This document shows positions 62,411 to 64,000 of a stretch of 64,000 nucleotides of DNA, piece by piece. Position 1 is the first letter of the stretch, and each line of letters starts with the position of its first letter. The translations under genes and the position numbers were made by a program. Source of the DNA: Phoronis australis. Lineage: Eukaryota; Animalia; Phoronida. The stretch covers positions 396,056-460,055 of the forward strand of contig NMRA01000342.1 in NCBI GenBank assembly GCA_002633005.1, given 5' to 3'. Below the pieces are notes generated by a model, which saw only the letters and a program-made list of their open reading frames with translations, had not been told where the DNA came from and ran no database searches.

Positions 62411-64000
62411 CTAAGGAACATAATTATTTTCAGTTGGATAACACATCAATAGTACCTGGTTATTGATACGTTTGTGATATAAAATAGTAGACACCAATTG
62501 ACCTGTTGAATCAGTTTTGTAGATGTACAAGTGGCAATCAAGAGTCATTTACCTGACGCGAGTCGGTTATTCATATACAGTTCACGACAAAAATAAAACA
62601 AAATTAACCGGTATTCCTGAGCTCGAGCAAAATTGTCTTGATGACCGCTGAGTACAAGCGGAATTCGCCATCTGAGTAGCTAGGGTGGTGCTTCACAACG
62701 ACTGAACACTGGTCATGGCGGTATTTTATCCGATCGCTTTTATGTGCATTACAACATATTCTACACGTGCTTTATTCCCACAAATGCTACACAATAATGC
62801 GCAGACGAGATTTTAAAGTATAACATTACACTTCTTGTAAGCATTTACCGGATAGCGAGGCGCGCCGTGTTAACAAAGGATTCTGGGATGGCGGTCATCT
62901 CGACAGGCATCGCCAGCAGACGTAAGTATGCAATATGAAGAGATCACGTCATTTTTGTTTCTCTATAATGTTGCAGAAGCTCAATTTGCCATCGATACGA
63001 ATGAACAAGAAGCCTGACTCCATTGAAAATGAAGTGCCAGATTACCAAGGAGACGATCGCCTGCGTGATCTTCGCATCCCACAAATTTGGACTCCGCGAT
63101 GCGCCCACTTCGATTTTCGCAATCGTTAATTTATTGAGGACCCTTGAAAATTGCAGGTTTAGCTCATTTCGGAACACCGTATCTCATAAAAGGCTGATCA
63201 TATTCATATGGAATTTTCAGATACCATGTTGCATGCATTTTCCTCCAAAACGCGCTTAGGAATTGTACTTAAATTTTCTACTTTTACATGAGGCGTTAAC
63301 AAAAGTAGGACTTTCACGACTTTCATGAAAGAACGAAATATTATTTCTGAAAATTGTTACAGCATTTTTAAGATATACTCATGAACATTTACGTAAGTTT
63401 AAATTTGATTACATTATTGATAACGCTGTTTTTCCGTTTGCTTAAATTTGCTAAAAAAGACATAGTCACGGGAATCTGAATTAATTGCAAATTTGTAGAA
63501 AATCTAAAATCAAGTTCTACTTGTTTTCTGCATTCATAAAAGATATCCTTCTGCTGTGTTGCATGCATGGTGTTACAGATATCCTTCCGCAGTGTTGAAT
63601 CTATGGTGTTACAGATATTTGTCTAAATACACAGATTTGTCAATAAAATATGAATAAGTTTTAAAAAGTCAACACCATTTATTAATCTACAATTTCATAT
63701 TCTTTAGTTAGTATTATAATTGTATACTTTCTTGCTTTGTCAACATGCTGGGCTTCACGGATTTAGTGAAAATTGCAAACTAATTCCTTATCTCTGTGAT
63801 TGCTTAGCCAAATTAGCTAAAAACACAACATATAGCGATGATGTGAATATGAAGTAGTTTGAAAATTGCCAAATGTTTCGAGAACGTGTTTTGTGGCGAA
63901 AATTATCCTCCAAAAGTCATTGAATCGTGTCCAGTAAGTATCGTGACCTGGTGCTGGGAAATAACACTGCATGATGCCGGCTATTTTGACCAGCAAGGTA

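Noticed and set aside
62411-64000. Upstream or signal-peptide exon of the lectin gene
   Set aside because: No convincing exon with a phase-1 donor was found; the 5' end probably lies outside the window.

Overview
AT-rich, intron-rich animal genomic DNA, probably from a marine invertebrate (inferred from spliceosomal introns, repeat content and TACATGTA enrichment), with two N-gaps. Two convergent spliced genes can be rebuilt by hand with every splice phase consistent. (1) On the + strand (16164-29217) is an 8-exon, 196-aa gene that the ORF track largely misses: signal peptide, Thr/Ser/Pro/Ala-rich mucin-like segment built from five symmetric phase-1 micro-exons (24, 54, 36, 42, 60 nt), a 10-Cys Ly6/uPAR three-finger domain and a GPI-anchor signal. 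(2) On the - strand (39823-62410, 5' end not found) is a gene of at least 12 exons and about 1,134 aa with architecture LamG-LamG-LamG-F5/8C(discoidin)-LamG-PAN/apple; a decayed copy of one of its exons lies at about 34.6 kb. The rest is mostly transposon debris: a Penelope-like 3' fragment carrying a minimal hammerhead ribozyme motif, a decayed Ty3/Gypsy, a full-length decayed Tc1/mariner, LINE fragments, a tRNA-derived SINE that shares its 3' tail with a LINE in the window, a probable solo LTR, many MITEs, minisatellites and CA microsatellites. No database searches were run; all family assignments come from motif recognition.
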